From NCBI RefSeq assembly GCF_030684315.1, contig NC_081397.1:9238001-9302000 (forward strand): a stretch of DNA of 64,000 nt, given 5' to 3'. A program made the translations under genes and the position numbers. Numbering within the stretch: position 1 is the stretch's first letter; each line of letters opens with the position of its first letter. This document shows positions 26,431 through 37,796 of this stretch, piece by piece. The stretch is from Stegostoma tigrinum. Lineage: Eukaryota. Below the pieces are notes generated by a model. It had not been told where the DNA came from. It made no database searches and saw only the letters and a list, made by a program, of their open reading frames with translations.

Positions 26431-29400
26431 CATAGAGTGATACAGATGGAAAACAGACCCTTTTGTTCCAACAGTCCATGCTGACCACAGGTATCAATTT
26501 CATTCTTTTCCTTTTAACATCTACTCCTTGCATGTGAATGAGATTTCTAATGTGCTGCCAATCTAAATTAAAGGCAGGTACTGGTCTGAGTCACACTGTC
26601 CTTTTGTATATGTCTACTTGTCTTTCCAGCTCTGCATGTATGATCTGATAGCCTTTAGGAGGTGGGATTAATGTATGACAAATTTTCTTATGTTAAGTAA
26701 GTGTGGACATGCTTCTGCAATAGTCAGTCTCTCAACAAGATTGAGAGTGTGGTTAAAGTTGGTTTTCATCAACATCAGGCTAGCAGTCAGCATGGGATCC
26801 ATTCAGTCTCTGGTATTGTGTGCAAAGTGCTCCTCATTCATTGTCATTGTCTTTCACAGTACGGGTTTCATGTTATGTTCAACATGTACATTGCAAGAAC
26901 TGCTGGAGTTTTATTTTTTTGCTCTGGATTGGTCAGTTTCTCATCTGAATGTGTATTTCAAATCTATCCCTTCTGTAACAAGATCATTATGAGTGTTTCT
27001 TCAATCTATTTCCAATAATCTCTGGTTTTCTGTCTTGATCTGGGTCTGCTCATGTCACTGTTTGATCTCCTTTTTGGTCCATTTAACAACAACATTTTTA
27101 TTCAGTTTGTTTGTATGAGATTGTGCTGCTTTTTAATTTGTACTTTCTCCAACAGAAATTGATACATGAGTTACACGTCCAAGTCTAAGACATGATGAGA
27201 TATTTGGAGGCACATTTCATCTGGATTTCAATTTACCTCTTGGGCTGTTTCAGTAGAGTCCATCGTGGATCATGCAATAGCTTCAATATTTTCTAACGTA
27301 GAGAACAAGACTAATTTGCTTTCGACCAAGCTGATACCACATACTTTATCTAAAAGGAATGCACTCACGTACTGGGATTGAAGTTCTTCACTCTCACCCT
27401 GTCCTGTTAACAGTTCATGAAAAGCGAGCTCTCCCCACCAATGTGATCTTCGACAGTGAATATATTTTGGTGTTTTTGTATGGACATCTACTGACGTGGC
27501 AGCATCTCTGTGCTTTGTCAATTATTGTGTGCACATTGTGTATTGGCACCATCTCACTGCATTTGTTGTTGTGTCAGAAAATCAGTTTCCTCAAGTCCTT
27601 AATTGCATGAATAAGGAGAATACCTGGTGCATCCTATTTGGTCTTCTCTGTTACTTGTTTCTTCCATTCACAGGTACAATTAATGTATTTACGAATTACT
27701 TCTCTACCTGTCAGAATGTGCTATTCAATGGGACTGCAGGCTTCACTCCGTTGCCCTTAAAAATTAGACAGACAGTCAACACAGACCAGCGTGATTATTT
27801 TGTGAAGAACTTGGAAACTAAAAATTAACACACAGGACTGGGGCTGCTCTCTGATGCGCAAATTCTCAGAATTCATATGAGTTTTTTGAAAAGAGCTGTT
27901 GTGATGAAACAAGATAGACAGCCACAATCGATGGACCCTGTTTCAATCTTCCTGCATTGTGTTACTGAGCAGTTTAAATGTTTCCTGGAAATTGGAAAAC
28001 CATTTATCACAGTTGGAGAGGAGAGAGTTTTCAAGTCATCTCTCCTGTAGTGAATGGGAAAGAGCTGAAATTCTTCAGTTGTTTGTGCCTGTAGCATTCA
28101 CAGGCAGATGAACACACAGGACATTGCAATAGTAATGAGTCTGTGCTTTTCTTCAGAGTTGAGTAGGGAAACATAAGAGACCTTTGCAACTGCTATATTG
28201 CAGAGTCTAAACAGCAGTGGTGATATCAAGGGACATCTTCAAGATGATAGGAGTATTGTTTCATATTGCATAGTGACATTCATTTTGGAATACTGAAGTA
28301 AATGCATTAATTTAATGTGTAATTGCTAAAGGGAAAGTGCCATGAACAAATCAACTGCACTGCAGCTGACTGATCACAATATTCCTTGTGCAGGAAAGAA
28401 AATTGGCTTATTTACTTCAATTTTATTTTGTGGCTCGGACATTACCCTCTCTGTGTGGGGAGGAAGAAGACAGAAGTTTTGTCTTCTGTCATGCTTTGGA
28501 GTAAACTGGAACAGTCAAACTAAATTTACTGAAGAATAAACATTGTTGAACTCTCCTGGCAAACAAAAAAAAACGTTTACTGTCTACCTGATTTGGCCAA
28601 ATCCTTCTTTCTCCATTGTTTTGAAAAAAATGACTTTTTATTATGTTCCACATTTGAGAAAATGGCATCTAATTTTCTAGTGTGTGTGATGTAATACTTC
28701 AAAGGGAGTGTCATGTGGAACACAGGGCTATTTGAATAAAATTTAAGCTAATTGGGAAAAAAACGGTTCACAATTATAAAGTCCTCTTGCTGAGGACAGA
28801 ACAAAAGAAAAATCTATTCCCGCTCAGTGAAAAAATTGACAACTATTCGGTGATCAAGGTAGGGATGGTAGTTCCTCTGCCACCATGATATATTGATGGA
28901 AATTGAATGCTGGCTGAATGGACGTAGAATTGTTGCCTGGTTGTTTCTAACCAGTACAGGCTCAGTGAGAAACAGAACTGTTTGCTGTGCCGCAGATGTC
29001 TATGACTACATATGTGAGAGTGATAATTATTCACATTTTCTGTTAGCTGGAGTTTAAATGGAACTCCATAGCTGTTAGTCCTTGCATCATATCTGTCGTT
29101 ATGGTGTTTGCATTTTGAACTAATTCTGAATCAGTCAGTACCTATGGCTGTCAGTCCATCCACATGGAGACAAAGCAAAGTTAATATCACACGTCCTGTG
29201 ACATTTCTTCAGAACAGAGGTTGAACTTCCGAACACTCGTTTCTCTTCACAGGTGCTGACAGGCCTGCTGAGTTTTTGCAGCAATTTCTACTTCTGTCTC
29301 TGATTTCTATCATCTGCAGTTCCTTGATTTTCCATTTGCCAGACTTTGACACTGAAAATTCACATCATTTATTTGTCGTGTTTATGTATGGGATTAATAC

Positions 29401-30231
29401 TTATCAAAGGAGCAATTCTGTCCCGATCAGTTATTGGTCAACTAAACTTAAATATCATTCGTCATTTATTTTGGTGACTCATGACTGTTAGTGACTGCAG
29501 TATTTTCTACATCTGCATTAAACATCTACCTCTACTAAGATTGTTGATACAGTGTAACAGAGTGATCATCTGGATTGTAACTTGAAAAATATGCTTAATA
29601 ACCGTAGATTTAATTCAGTTCCTGACTGATTTCAGTTGCTGTAACTGACAGAGACTGATTGATAATGACATTTATATGTTCATAAAAGCCATCCATCCCT
29701 GTCTGTTTCTGCAATGTCAATATGTGAGTTTAGTCATCAATCTGTTCATGTTAGTTTCTGCCATGTGAATGTTTGAGTGCAGTTATCAGTTTGTTGGTTT
29801 TGACAATGTGAATGTGTGAATGTAATGAGCAATCTGTATCTGTCACTTTCTGCTGTGTGAATATTTAAACATAGGCATCAGTTTGCACCTGTCAGTTTCT
29901 TCCATGTGAAAGTAGTTATCAATCTTTGCCTGTCAGTTCAGCTTTTGTCAATATGAGAGAGTAGTTATCAAGTTTTACCTGTCAGTTTCTGCAAAGGGAA
30001 TGTGAGAGCACATTTGTCAATCCATGTAGGTCAGTTGCTGCTTTTCAATGTGTGTAATTATCAATTTTTACCCATCCAATTCTGATTTGTAAAAAAAAAA
30101 CTAAGATAGTTATCAAACTGTACCTGTCAGTTTTTGGTAGATGGAACTGGTATCATCATGGTTCCAAGATAATAAAATGTGAGGCTGGATGAACACAGCA
30201 GGCCAAGCAGCATCTCAGGAGCACAAAAGCT

Positions 30232-30259
30232 GACGTTTCGGGCCTAGACCCTTCATCAG
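30232..30259 (-). ncRNA. Minimal hammerhead ribozyme core
   Basis: CTGATGAAGGGTCTAGGCCCGAAACGTC on the minus strand. Confidence 0.7.
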
Positions 30260-31932
30260 AGAAGGGGATGGGGAGAGGGAACTGGAATAAATAGGGAGAG
30301 AGGGGGAGGCGGACCGAAGATGGAGAGTAAAGAAGATAGGTGGAGAGAGTGTAGGTGGGGAGGTAGGGAGGGGATAGGTCAGTCCAGGGAAGACGGACAG
30401 GTCAAGGAGGTGGGATGAGGTTAGTAGGTAGCTGGGGGTGCGGCTTGGGGCGGGAGGAAGGGATGGGTGAGAGGAAGAGCCGGTTAGGGAGGCAGAGACA
30501 GGTTGGACTGGTTTTGGGATGCAGTGGGTGGGGGGGAAGAGCTGGGCTGGTTGTGTGGTGCAGTGGGGAGAGGCGACGAACTAGGCTGGTTTAGGGATGC
30601 AGTAGGGGAAGGGGAGATTTTGAAACTGGTGAAGTCCACATTGATACCATATGGCTGCAGGGTTCCCAGGCAGAATATGAGTTGCTGTTCCTGCAACCTT
30701 CGGGTGGCATCATTGTGGCAATGCAGGAGGCCCATGATGGACATGTCATCTAGAGAATGGGAGGGGGAGTGGAAATGGTTTGCAACTGGGAGGTGCAGTT
30801 GTTTGTTGCGAACTGAGCGGAGGTGTTCTGCAAAGCGGTCCCCAAGTCTCTACTTGGTTTCCCCAATGTAGAGGAAGCCGCACCGGGTACAGTGGATGCA
30901 ATATACCACATTGGCAGATGTGCAGGTGAACCTCTGCTTAATGTGCAATGTCATCTTGGGGTCTGGGATAGGGGTGAGGGAGGAGGTGTGGGGACAAGTG
31001 TAGCATTTCCTGCGGTTGCAGCGGAAGGTGCCGGGTGTGGTGGGTTTGGAGGGCAGTGTGGACCGAACAAGGGAGTCACGGAGAGAGTGGTCTCTCCGGA
31101 AAGCAGACAGGGGAGGGGATGGAAAAATGTCTTGGGTGGTCGGGTCGGATTGTAAATGGCGGAAGTGTCGGAGGATGATGCGTTGTATCCGGAGGTTGGT
31201 GGGGTGGTGTGTGAGAACGAGGGGGATCCTCTTGGGGCGGTTGTGGCGGGGGCGGGGTGTGAGGGATGTGTTGCGGGAAATACGGGAGACGCGGTCAAGG
31301 GCATTCTCGATCACTGTGGGGGGAAAGTTGCGGTCCTTAAAGAACTTGGACATCTGGGATGTGCGGGAGTGGAATGTCTGATCATGGGAGCAGATGCGGT
31401 GGAGGCGGAGGAATTGGGAGTAGGGGATGGAATTTTTGCAGGAGGGTGGGTGGGAGGAGGTGTATTGGGCCTCCTGCACTGCCACAATGATGCCACCCAA
31501 AGCTTGCAGGAACAGCAACTCATATTCCGCCTGGGGACCCTGCAGCCATATGGTATCAATGTGGACTTCACCAGTTTCAAAATCTCCCCTTCCCCTACTG
31601 CATCCCTAAACCAGCCTAGTTCGTCCCCTCTCCCCACTGCACCACACAACCAGCCCAGCTCTTCCCCCCCACCCACTGCATCCCAAAACCAGTCCAACCT
31701 GTCTCTGCCTCCCTAACCGGCTCTTCCTCTCACCCATCCCTTCCTCCCACCCCAAGCCGCACCCCCAGCAACCTCATCCCACCTCCTTGACCTGTCCGTC
31801 TTCCCTGGACTGACCTATCCCCTCCCTACCTCCTCACCTATACTCTCTCCACCTATCTTCTTTACTCTCCATCTTCGGTCCGCCTCCCCCTCTCTCCCTA
31901 TTTATTCCAGTTCCCTCTCCCCATCCCCCTCT

Positions 31933-31960
31933 CTGATGAAGGGTCTAGGCCCGAAACGTC
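31933..31960 (+). ncRNA. Minimal hammerhead ribozyme core
   Basis: CTGATGAAGGGTCTAGGCCCGAAACGTC. Confidence 0.7.
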
Positions 31961-33303
31961 AGCTTTTGTGCTCCTGAGATGCTGCTTGGCCTGCTGTGTT
32001 CATCCAGCCTCACATTTTATTATCTTGGAATTCTCCAGCATCTGCAGTTCCCATTATGTCTCATCATGGTTCCAGTCAGTTTCTGCTATGTGCTGGCTTG
32101 AGCATATTTACTAATCTGTCACTTTCAGTTTCTCCTGTATATCTGACAGTGGAGTTACTGATCTCTACCCGTTTCTGCTTTATGAATGCGTGAAAGCATT
32201 TATCATTCTCTCCCCATCAGTTTAAGCTATGTGAACGAATGCATTTATCATTCTGTCCCTGTCAGTGTCTGTAATGAGAATATTCAAACGTGTTTGTGCA
32301 ATTATTATTCTATCCCTGATAGTTTCTGCTCTGTGAATATGTGCTTCAGTTATCAAAAAATACCTGTCAGTTTCTACTTAGGGAATGTGTGAACACTGTT
32401 TTTCATTTGTACCTGTCAGCTTTGGTTTTGTGAATAATTGTCTGCAGTAATTAATCTGTACCTGCCAGAGCTTTCACGTGAAGATGTGAATATGATCATT
32501 AATCTGTCCCTCTCAGTTTCTGCTCAGTAATATGTGTGTTTAGTCATCAATCTGCAGCCATCACTTCCTGCCTCGTGAATGCGGGACTGTATTATGAATA
32601 TGTCTAAGGTTCCTGAGTATATTTGTAGGTTAGGTCGTGGATACTGTGGTTGGTTCGCTTGCCGAGCTGGTTCATTCATTTGCAGATGTTTCATGACCCC
32701 GATGGGTAATATCATCGGAAGCTGCAATGAAATGTTTGCAAGGTAATGAACCAGCTCAGCAAGCAGTCCAATTACGTGTTACGAAAATATGCCTGTCAAA
32801 TTCATCTATGAATATCCAAGTGTCGCTATCAGTCTCTCAATGTTTATGCTTTTTCCTTCTATAACGTGTGCATGCATTTCTCAATTTTTCCCAGTTTTTT
32901 GTGGTCTGAATGTGTCCAATTATAATTCTGTCCTGATCATTTTCTGATATGCGAATATGAGAGTGTACTTATCACTATGTGCGTGTCAGTTTCTTCCCTA
33001 TGGCTGTGAGAGTGTATTTACCCACTTGTCCCAGTCAGATCCTGCTCTGTAAATCTGAGTGACTAGTTATTAACCTCTTCCTGTCGCTATCTGATTAGTG
33101 AATGTGTGAATGCACTTGTCATTCTCTCCCTGTCAAGTTTCTGCTGTGTGAATGTGCAAGTGAAGTTCTCAACCTGTGACTGTCAGTTTCAATCAAATAT
33201 TCTACTTTTAGAAGTTAGAACATAGAACATAGAACAGTACAGCACCAAACAGGCCCTTCAGCCCACAATGTTGTGCCGACCATTGATCCTCATGGATGCA
33301 CCC

Positions 33304-36300
33304 TCAAATTTCTGTGACCATATGCATGTCCAGCAGTCTCTTAAATGACCCCAATGACCTTGCTTCCACAACTGCTGCTGGCAACGCATTCCATGCTCTC
33401 ACAACTCTCTGCGTAAAGAACCTGCCTCTGACATCCCCTCTATACTTTCCACCAACCAGCTTAAAACTATGACCCCTCGTGCTAGCCATTTCTGCCCTGG
33501 GAAATAGTCTCTGGCTATCGACTCTATCTATGCCTCTCATTATCTTGTATACCTCAATTAGGTCCCCTCTCCTCCTCCTTTTCTCCAATGAAAAGAGACC
33601 GAGCTCAGTCAACCTCTCTTCATAAGATAAGCCCTCCAGTCCAGGCAGCATCCTGGTAAACCTCCTCTGAACCCTCTCCAAAGCATCCACATCTTTCCTA
33701 TAATAGGGCGCCCAGAACTGGACGCAGTATTCCAAGTGCGGTCTAACCAAAGTTTTATAGAGCTGCAACAAGATCTCACGACTCTTAAACTCAATCCCCC
33801 TGTTAATGAAAGCCAAAACACCATATGCTTTCTTAACAACCCTGTCCACTTGGGTGGCCATTTTAAGGGATCTATGTAGCTGCACACCAAGATCCCTCTG
33901 TTCCTCCACGCTGCCAAGAATCCTATCCTTAATCCTGTACTCAGCTTTCAAATTCGACCTTCCAAAATGCATCACCTCGCATTTATCCAGGTTGAACTCC
34001 ATCTGCCACCTCTCAGCCCATCTCTGCATCCTGTCAATGTCCCGCTGCAGCCTACAACAGCCCTCTACACTGTCAACGACACCTCCGACCTTTGTGTCGT
34101 CTGCAAACTTGCTGACCCATCCTTCAATTCCCTCGTCCAAGTCATTAATAAAAATTACAAACAGTAGAGGCCCAAGGACAGAGCCCTGTGGAACCCCACT
34201 CACCACTGACTTCCAGGCAGAATATTTTCCTTCTACTACCACTCGCTGTCTTCTGTTGGCCAGCCAATTCTGTATCCAAGCAGCTAAGTTCCCCTGTATC
34301 CCATTCCTCCTGACCTTCTGAATGAGCCTTCCATGGGGAACCTTATCAAATGCCTTACTGAAGTCCATATACACCACATCCACAGCTTGACCCTCATCAA
34401 CCTTACTAGTCACATCCTCAAAAAACTCGATAAGGTTTGTAAGGCATGACCTACCCCTCACAAAGCCGTGTTGACTGTATTTGATCAAGCCATGCTCTTC
34501 CAGATGGTCATAAATCTTATCCCTCAGAATCCTTTCTAACACCTTGCAGACGACAGACGTGAGACTTACCGGTCTATAATTGCCGGGGATTTCCCTATTT
34601 CCTTTCTTGAAGAGAGGAATTACATTTGCCTCTTTCCAGTCCTCAGGTACGACTCCAGTGGAGAGCGAGGATGCAAAGATCTTCGCAAGTGGCGAAGCAA
34701 TTGCATTTCTCGCTTCCCAAAGCAGCCGAGGACAAATCTGATCCGGGCCTGGCGACTTGTCAATCTTAATGTTTGACAAAATTTTCAGTACATCAGCTTC
34801 CTCTATCTCTATCCATTCCAGCATGCACACCTGCTCTTCAAAGGTTTCATTCACTACACAGGTCGTTTCTTTCGTAAAGACAGAAGCAAAAAACTCATTT
34901 AGGGCTTCCCCTACCTCCTCAGGCTCCACACACAAGTTCCCTATGCTATCCCTGATCGGCCCTACTCTTTCTTTGACCATTCTCTTATTCCTCACGTAAG
35001 TGTAAAATGCCTTTGTGTTTTCCCGGATTCCTTCTGCCAAGCCTTTCTCGTGCCCCCTCCTGGCTCTCCTCAGACCATTTTTGAGCTCCTTCCTTGCCTG
35101 CATGTAATCCTCTCTAGCTGAACTTGACCCTAGCTTCCTCCACCTTATGTAAGCTACCTTCTTACTTTGCACTAGAAGCTCCACCGCTCTCGTCATCCAA
35201 GGTTCCTTTATCTTACCCCGTCTTGCCTGTCTCAGAGGGACATATTTACTCATCACTCCCAACAACTGTTCCTTAAACCATCTCCACATGTCTATAGTTC
35301 CCTTACCATGGAACAACTGCTCCCAGTCCATGCTTCCTAACTCGTGTCTAATCGCATCATAGTTTCCTCTTCCCCAATTAAATATCCTCCCATTCTGCCT
35401 AATCCTCTCCTTCTCCATAGCTATGTAGAATGAGAGAGTGTTATGGTCACTATCACCAAAATGCTCTCCCACCACAAGATCTGATACCTGCCCCGGCTCG
35501 TTTCCGAGCACCAAGTCTAGAATGGCCTCTCCCCTCGTCGGCCTGTCAACGTACTGCGTTAGGAAACCCTCCTGAACACACCTTACAAAAACAGCTCCAT
35601 TCAAATCTTCTGCTCGAAGGAGGTTCCAATCAATATTAGGAAAGTTAAAGTCACCCATTACAACAACCCTACTGCGTCCACACTTTTCCAAAATCTGTCG
35701 ACCTATGCTTTCTACAATCTCCCTGCTGCTATTGGGGGGCCTGTAGTAAACCCCTAACGAGGTGACTACTCCCTTGCTGCTCCTAATTTCCACCCATACT
35801 GACTCAGTAGGCAGATCTTCCTCGACAATGGAAGCTTCTGTAGCTGTGATACCCTCTCTGATTAGTAGTGCTACACCCCCTCCTCTTTTTCCCCCCTCCC
35901 TATTCTTTTTAAATGTTCTAAACCCTGGAATATCCAGCAACCATTCCAGCCCATGAGAAACCCATGTCTCTGTTATGGCCACAACATCATAGCACCAGGT
36001 ACTGATCCATGCTCTAAGTTCATCACTTTTATTCCTGATACTCCTTGCATTAAAGCAAACACACTTTAACCGATCCCTTGGTTCCTTCCCAGGAAAATCC
36101 TTCCCACTAGCTGGTCTACCTCTTGCTACTGCCTCACCTGCATCAACGCTCACCTCTGGTATACAGCTCAGGTTCCCACCCCCCTGCCATACTAGTTTAA
36201 ACCCTCTCGAACTACTCGAGCAAACCTTCCACCCAGGACATTGGTCCCCTTCCAGTTCAGATGCAACCCGTCCTTCTTGTACAGGTCCCACCTTCCCCAG

Positions 36301-36312
36301 AAGGCATCCCAA
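33304..36312 (-). CDS. CR1 ORF2: APE endonuclease plus reverse transcriptase (true start uncertain)
   Basis: NARS, ITETW, YRPP, GDFN, LDLVL and SDH endonuclease motifs; QGSVLGP and FADD RT motifs; no stops over 1002 codons; the track start at 36312 is TTG. Confidence 0.95.
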   Translation of the reverse strand: MGCLLGKVGPVQEGRVASELEGDQCPGWKVCSSSSRGFKLVWQGGGNLSCIPEVSVDAGEAVARGRPASGKDFPGKEPRDRLKCVCFNARSIRNKSDELRAWISTWCYDVVAITETWVSHGLEWLLDIPGFRTFKKNREGGKRGGGVALLIREGITATEASIVEEDLPTESVWVEIRSSKGVVTSLGVYYRPPNSSREIVESIGRQILEKCGRSRVVVMGDFNFPNIDWNLLRAEDLNGAVFVRCVQEGFLTQYVDRPTRGEAILDLVLGNEPGQVSDLVVGEHFGDSDHNTLSFYIAMEKERIRQNGRIFNWGRGNYDAIRHELGSMDWEQLFHGKGTIDMWRWFKEQLLGVMSKYVPLRQARRGKIKEPWMTRAVELLVQSKKVAYIRWRKLGSSSAREDYMQARKELKNGLRRARRGHEKGLAEGIRENTKAFYTYVRNKRMVKERVGPIRDSIGNLCVEPEEVGEALNEFFASVFTKETTCVVNETFEEQVCMLEWIEIEEADVLKILSNIKIDKSPGPDQICPRLLWEARNAIASPLAKIFASSLSTGVVPEDWKEANVIPLFKKGNREIPGNYRPVSLTSVVCKVLERILRDKIYDHLEEHGLIKYSQHGFVRGRSCLTNLIEFFEDVTSKVDEGQAVDVVYMDFSKAFDKVPHGRLIQKVRRNGIQGNLAAWIQNWLANRRQRVVVEGKYSAWKSVVSGVPQGSVLGPLLFVIFINDLDEGIEGWVSKFADDTKVGGVVDSVEGCCRLQRDIDRMQRWAERWQMEFNLDKCEVMHFGRSNLKAEYRIKDRILGSVEEQRDLGVQLHRSLKMATQVDRVVKKAYGVLAFINRGIEFKSREILLQLYKTLVRPHLEYCVQFWAPYYRKDVDALERVQRRFTRMLPGLEGLSYEERLTELGLFSLEKRRRRGDLIEVYKIMRGIDRVDSQRLFPRAEMASTRGHSFKLVGGKYRGDVRGRFFTQRVVRAWNALPAAVVEARSLGSFKRLLDMHMVTEI

Positions 36313-37091
36313 TTATCAACATATCTGAAACCCTCCCTCCTACACCAGCTGCGTAGCCACGTGTTCAGCTGCGCCCGCTCCCTGTTCCTCACCTCGCTAT
36401 CTCGTGGCACCGGTAGTAAACCAGAGAACACTACTCTGTTCGTCCTGCTCTGCAGCTTCCATCCTAACTCCCTGAAATCACTTTTTATATCCTCAAACCT
36501 ATTTCTGGCTATATCATTTGTGCCAATATGTAACACGATTTCTGGCTGTTCACCCTCCCCTTTCAGAACTTTATACACCCGATCGGAGACGTCCCGGACC
36601 CTGGCACCAGGGAGGCAACATACCTTCCGGGAATCCCGATCTTGCCCACAAAATCTCCTGTCGATTCCCCTAACTATCGAGTCCCCTACCACGAGTACTT
36701 TTCTATTCTGCCCCCTTCCCTTCTTTGCCACAGTGTCAGGCTCAGTGCCAGAGAACTGACTACTATGGCTTTCCTCTGGTAGGTCAACCCCCCCAGCAGT
36801 ATCCAAAACGGTATACTTATTGCTGAGGGGAATGCCCACAGGGGATCTCTGCACTGTCTGTCTGTCCCCTTTCCTCCCCCTAACTGTAACCCATCTATCC
36901 TCGTCCTGAGCCTTAGGAGTGACCAACTCCCGATAACTCCTCTCAATTACCCCCTCTGCCTCCCGAATGATCCGTAGTTCATCCAGCTCCAGCTCCATTT
37001 CCCTAACACGGTTTTCAAGGAGCTGTAGCTGGGTGCACTTCCCGCAGATGTAGCCAGCGGAGACGTGTGCCACATCTCCCAACTGCCACAT
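36192..37091 (-). CDS. CR1 ORF1: zinc finger/leucine zipper plus SGNH esterase-like domain
   Basis: CGKC and heptad leucines, VVGDSIVR, CLPGA, HIGTND and DGLHLN motifs. Confidence 0.92.
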   Translation of the reverse strand: MWQLGDVAHVSAGYICGKCTQLQLLENRVREMELELDELRIIREAEGVIERSYRELVTPKAQDEDRWVTVRGRKGDRQTVQRSPVGIPLSNKYTVLDTAGGVDLPEESHSSQFSGTEPDTVAKKGRGQNRKVLVVGDSIVRGIDRRFCGQDRDSRKVCCLPGARVRDVSDRVYKVLKGEGEQPEIVLHIGTNDIARNRFEDIKSDFRELGWKLQSRTNRVVFSGLLPVPRDSEVRNRERAQLNTWLRSWCRREGFRYVDNWDAFWGRWDLYKKDGLHLNWKGTNVLGGRFARVVREGLN

Positions 37092-37662
37092 TTTGCAGGT
37101 TTTCTTTGATGTTCAAGTATCTGCTCCACAACACAAATCAGATTTTACTTGTTGCCAAATGTGTAAAGTGCTAGAAATGAAACTGTTAGAGCTTTTAGCA
37201 TTGAATGTCTCTGGCAGAGTGCCTGAGGGCTGAGGATATTCCACAATATTCAGGCTGTGGTACAGTTGAAATTTTATTCTGGGATTGGTCACTGTCTTGT
37301 CTAAATGTGCTCAGAGTTTAATATTCATTTTCTTTGAAAGTTCACCATACAATATCCTCTTCAATTTATTGGAACAGTTCATGAGAATTCTGCTAGAAAA
37401 GTCAACAGCTTTTTTTTCTCTGATGGAGCGACCAAATGATATTTAGTTTATGATCACAGCAATTACCATGGATTTAAATGCATGGGAATTGGACTCCTTA
37501 GCTCAAATTCTGTTCTGTTTATCTCTTATCATGAAAAGCTAGCTCTCTGATCTGAAATCCATGACAAGAAATCATTTTGAATGTTACATGTTCTGAGGCT
37601 TGCAGTGTATGTGATTTTCATGGCTGTTACATGTTGTAGCACGTGTTGGGATTGTGCAGGTA

Positions 37663-37796
37663 NNNNNNNNNNNNNNNNNNNNNNNNNNNNNNNNNNNNNN
37701 NNNNNNNNNNNNNNNNNNNNNNNNNNNNNNNNNNNNNNNNNNNNNNNNNNNNNNNNNNNNNNNNNNNNNNNNNNNNNNNNNNNNNNNNNNNNNNNN
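37663..37796. other. Assembly gap
   Basis: 134 N. Confidence 1.

Larger units (their letters stand above)
30167..32060 (-). mobile_element. Penelope-like (Neptune-type) retroelement, 5'-truncated, with long inverted terminal copy and 14-bp TSD
   Basis: ORF 30850..31518 SHPPSCKNSIPYSQFLRLHRICS...CNRRKCYTC...NVVYCIHCTRCGFLYIGETK (RT thumb, Cys linker, GIY-YIG); ~570-bp inverted arms (~30165-30735 vs ~31465-32030); TCATCATGGTTCCA at 30153-30166 and 32061-32074. Confidence 0.92.
29640..33190. repeat. 49-bp minisatellite array split by Penelope insertions
   Basis: Units at 29640-30150 and 32075-33190. Confidence 0.8.
33217..37098 (-). mobile_element. Young CR1 LINE, near full length (5'-truncated within the ORF1 N-terminus)
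   Basis: ORF1 plus uninterrupted ORF2, short 3' UTR and (ATGTTCT)n terminal repeats at 33217-33236. Confidence 0.97.

Noticed and set aside
27690-27760. Exon candidate with tttttaag acceptor and CAG|GTAGAG donor
   Set aside because: Stops in all three frames; no support as a coding exon.
30484-31716. Repeated MDWFWDAVGG / MSIMGLLHC ORFs as host genes
   Set aside because: They are the C-terminus and antisense frame of the Penelope element, recurring at 39710-40226 and 47235-47486.
37663-37796. The two histone clusters being haplotypes falsely joined across the gap
   Set aside because: Spacers are far too diverged and carry different TE insertions, and sequence on both sides of the gap is colinear with 62700-63200.
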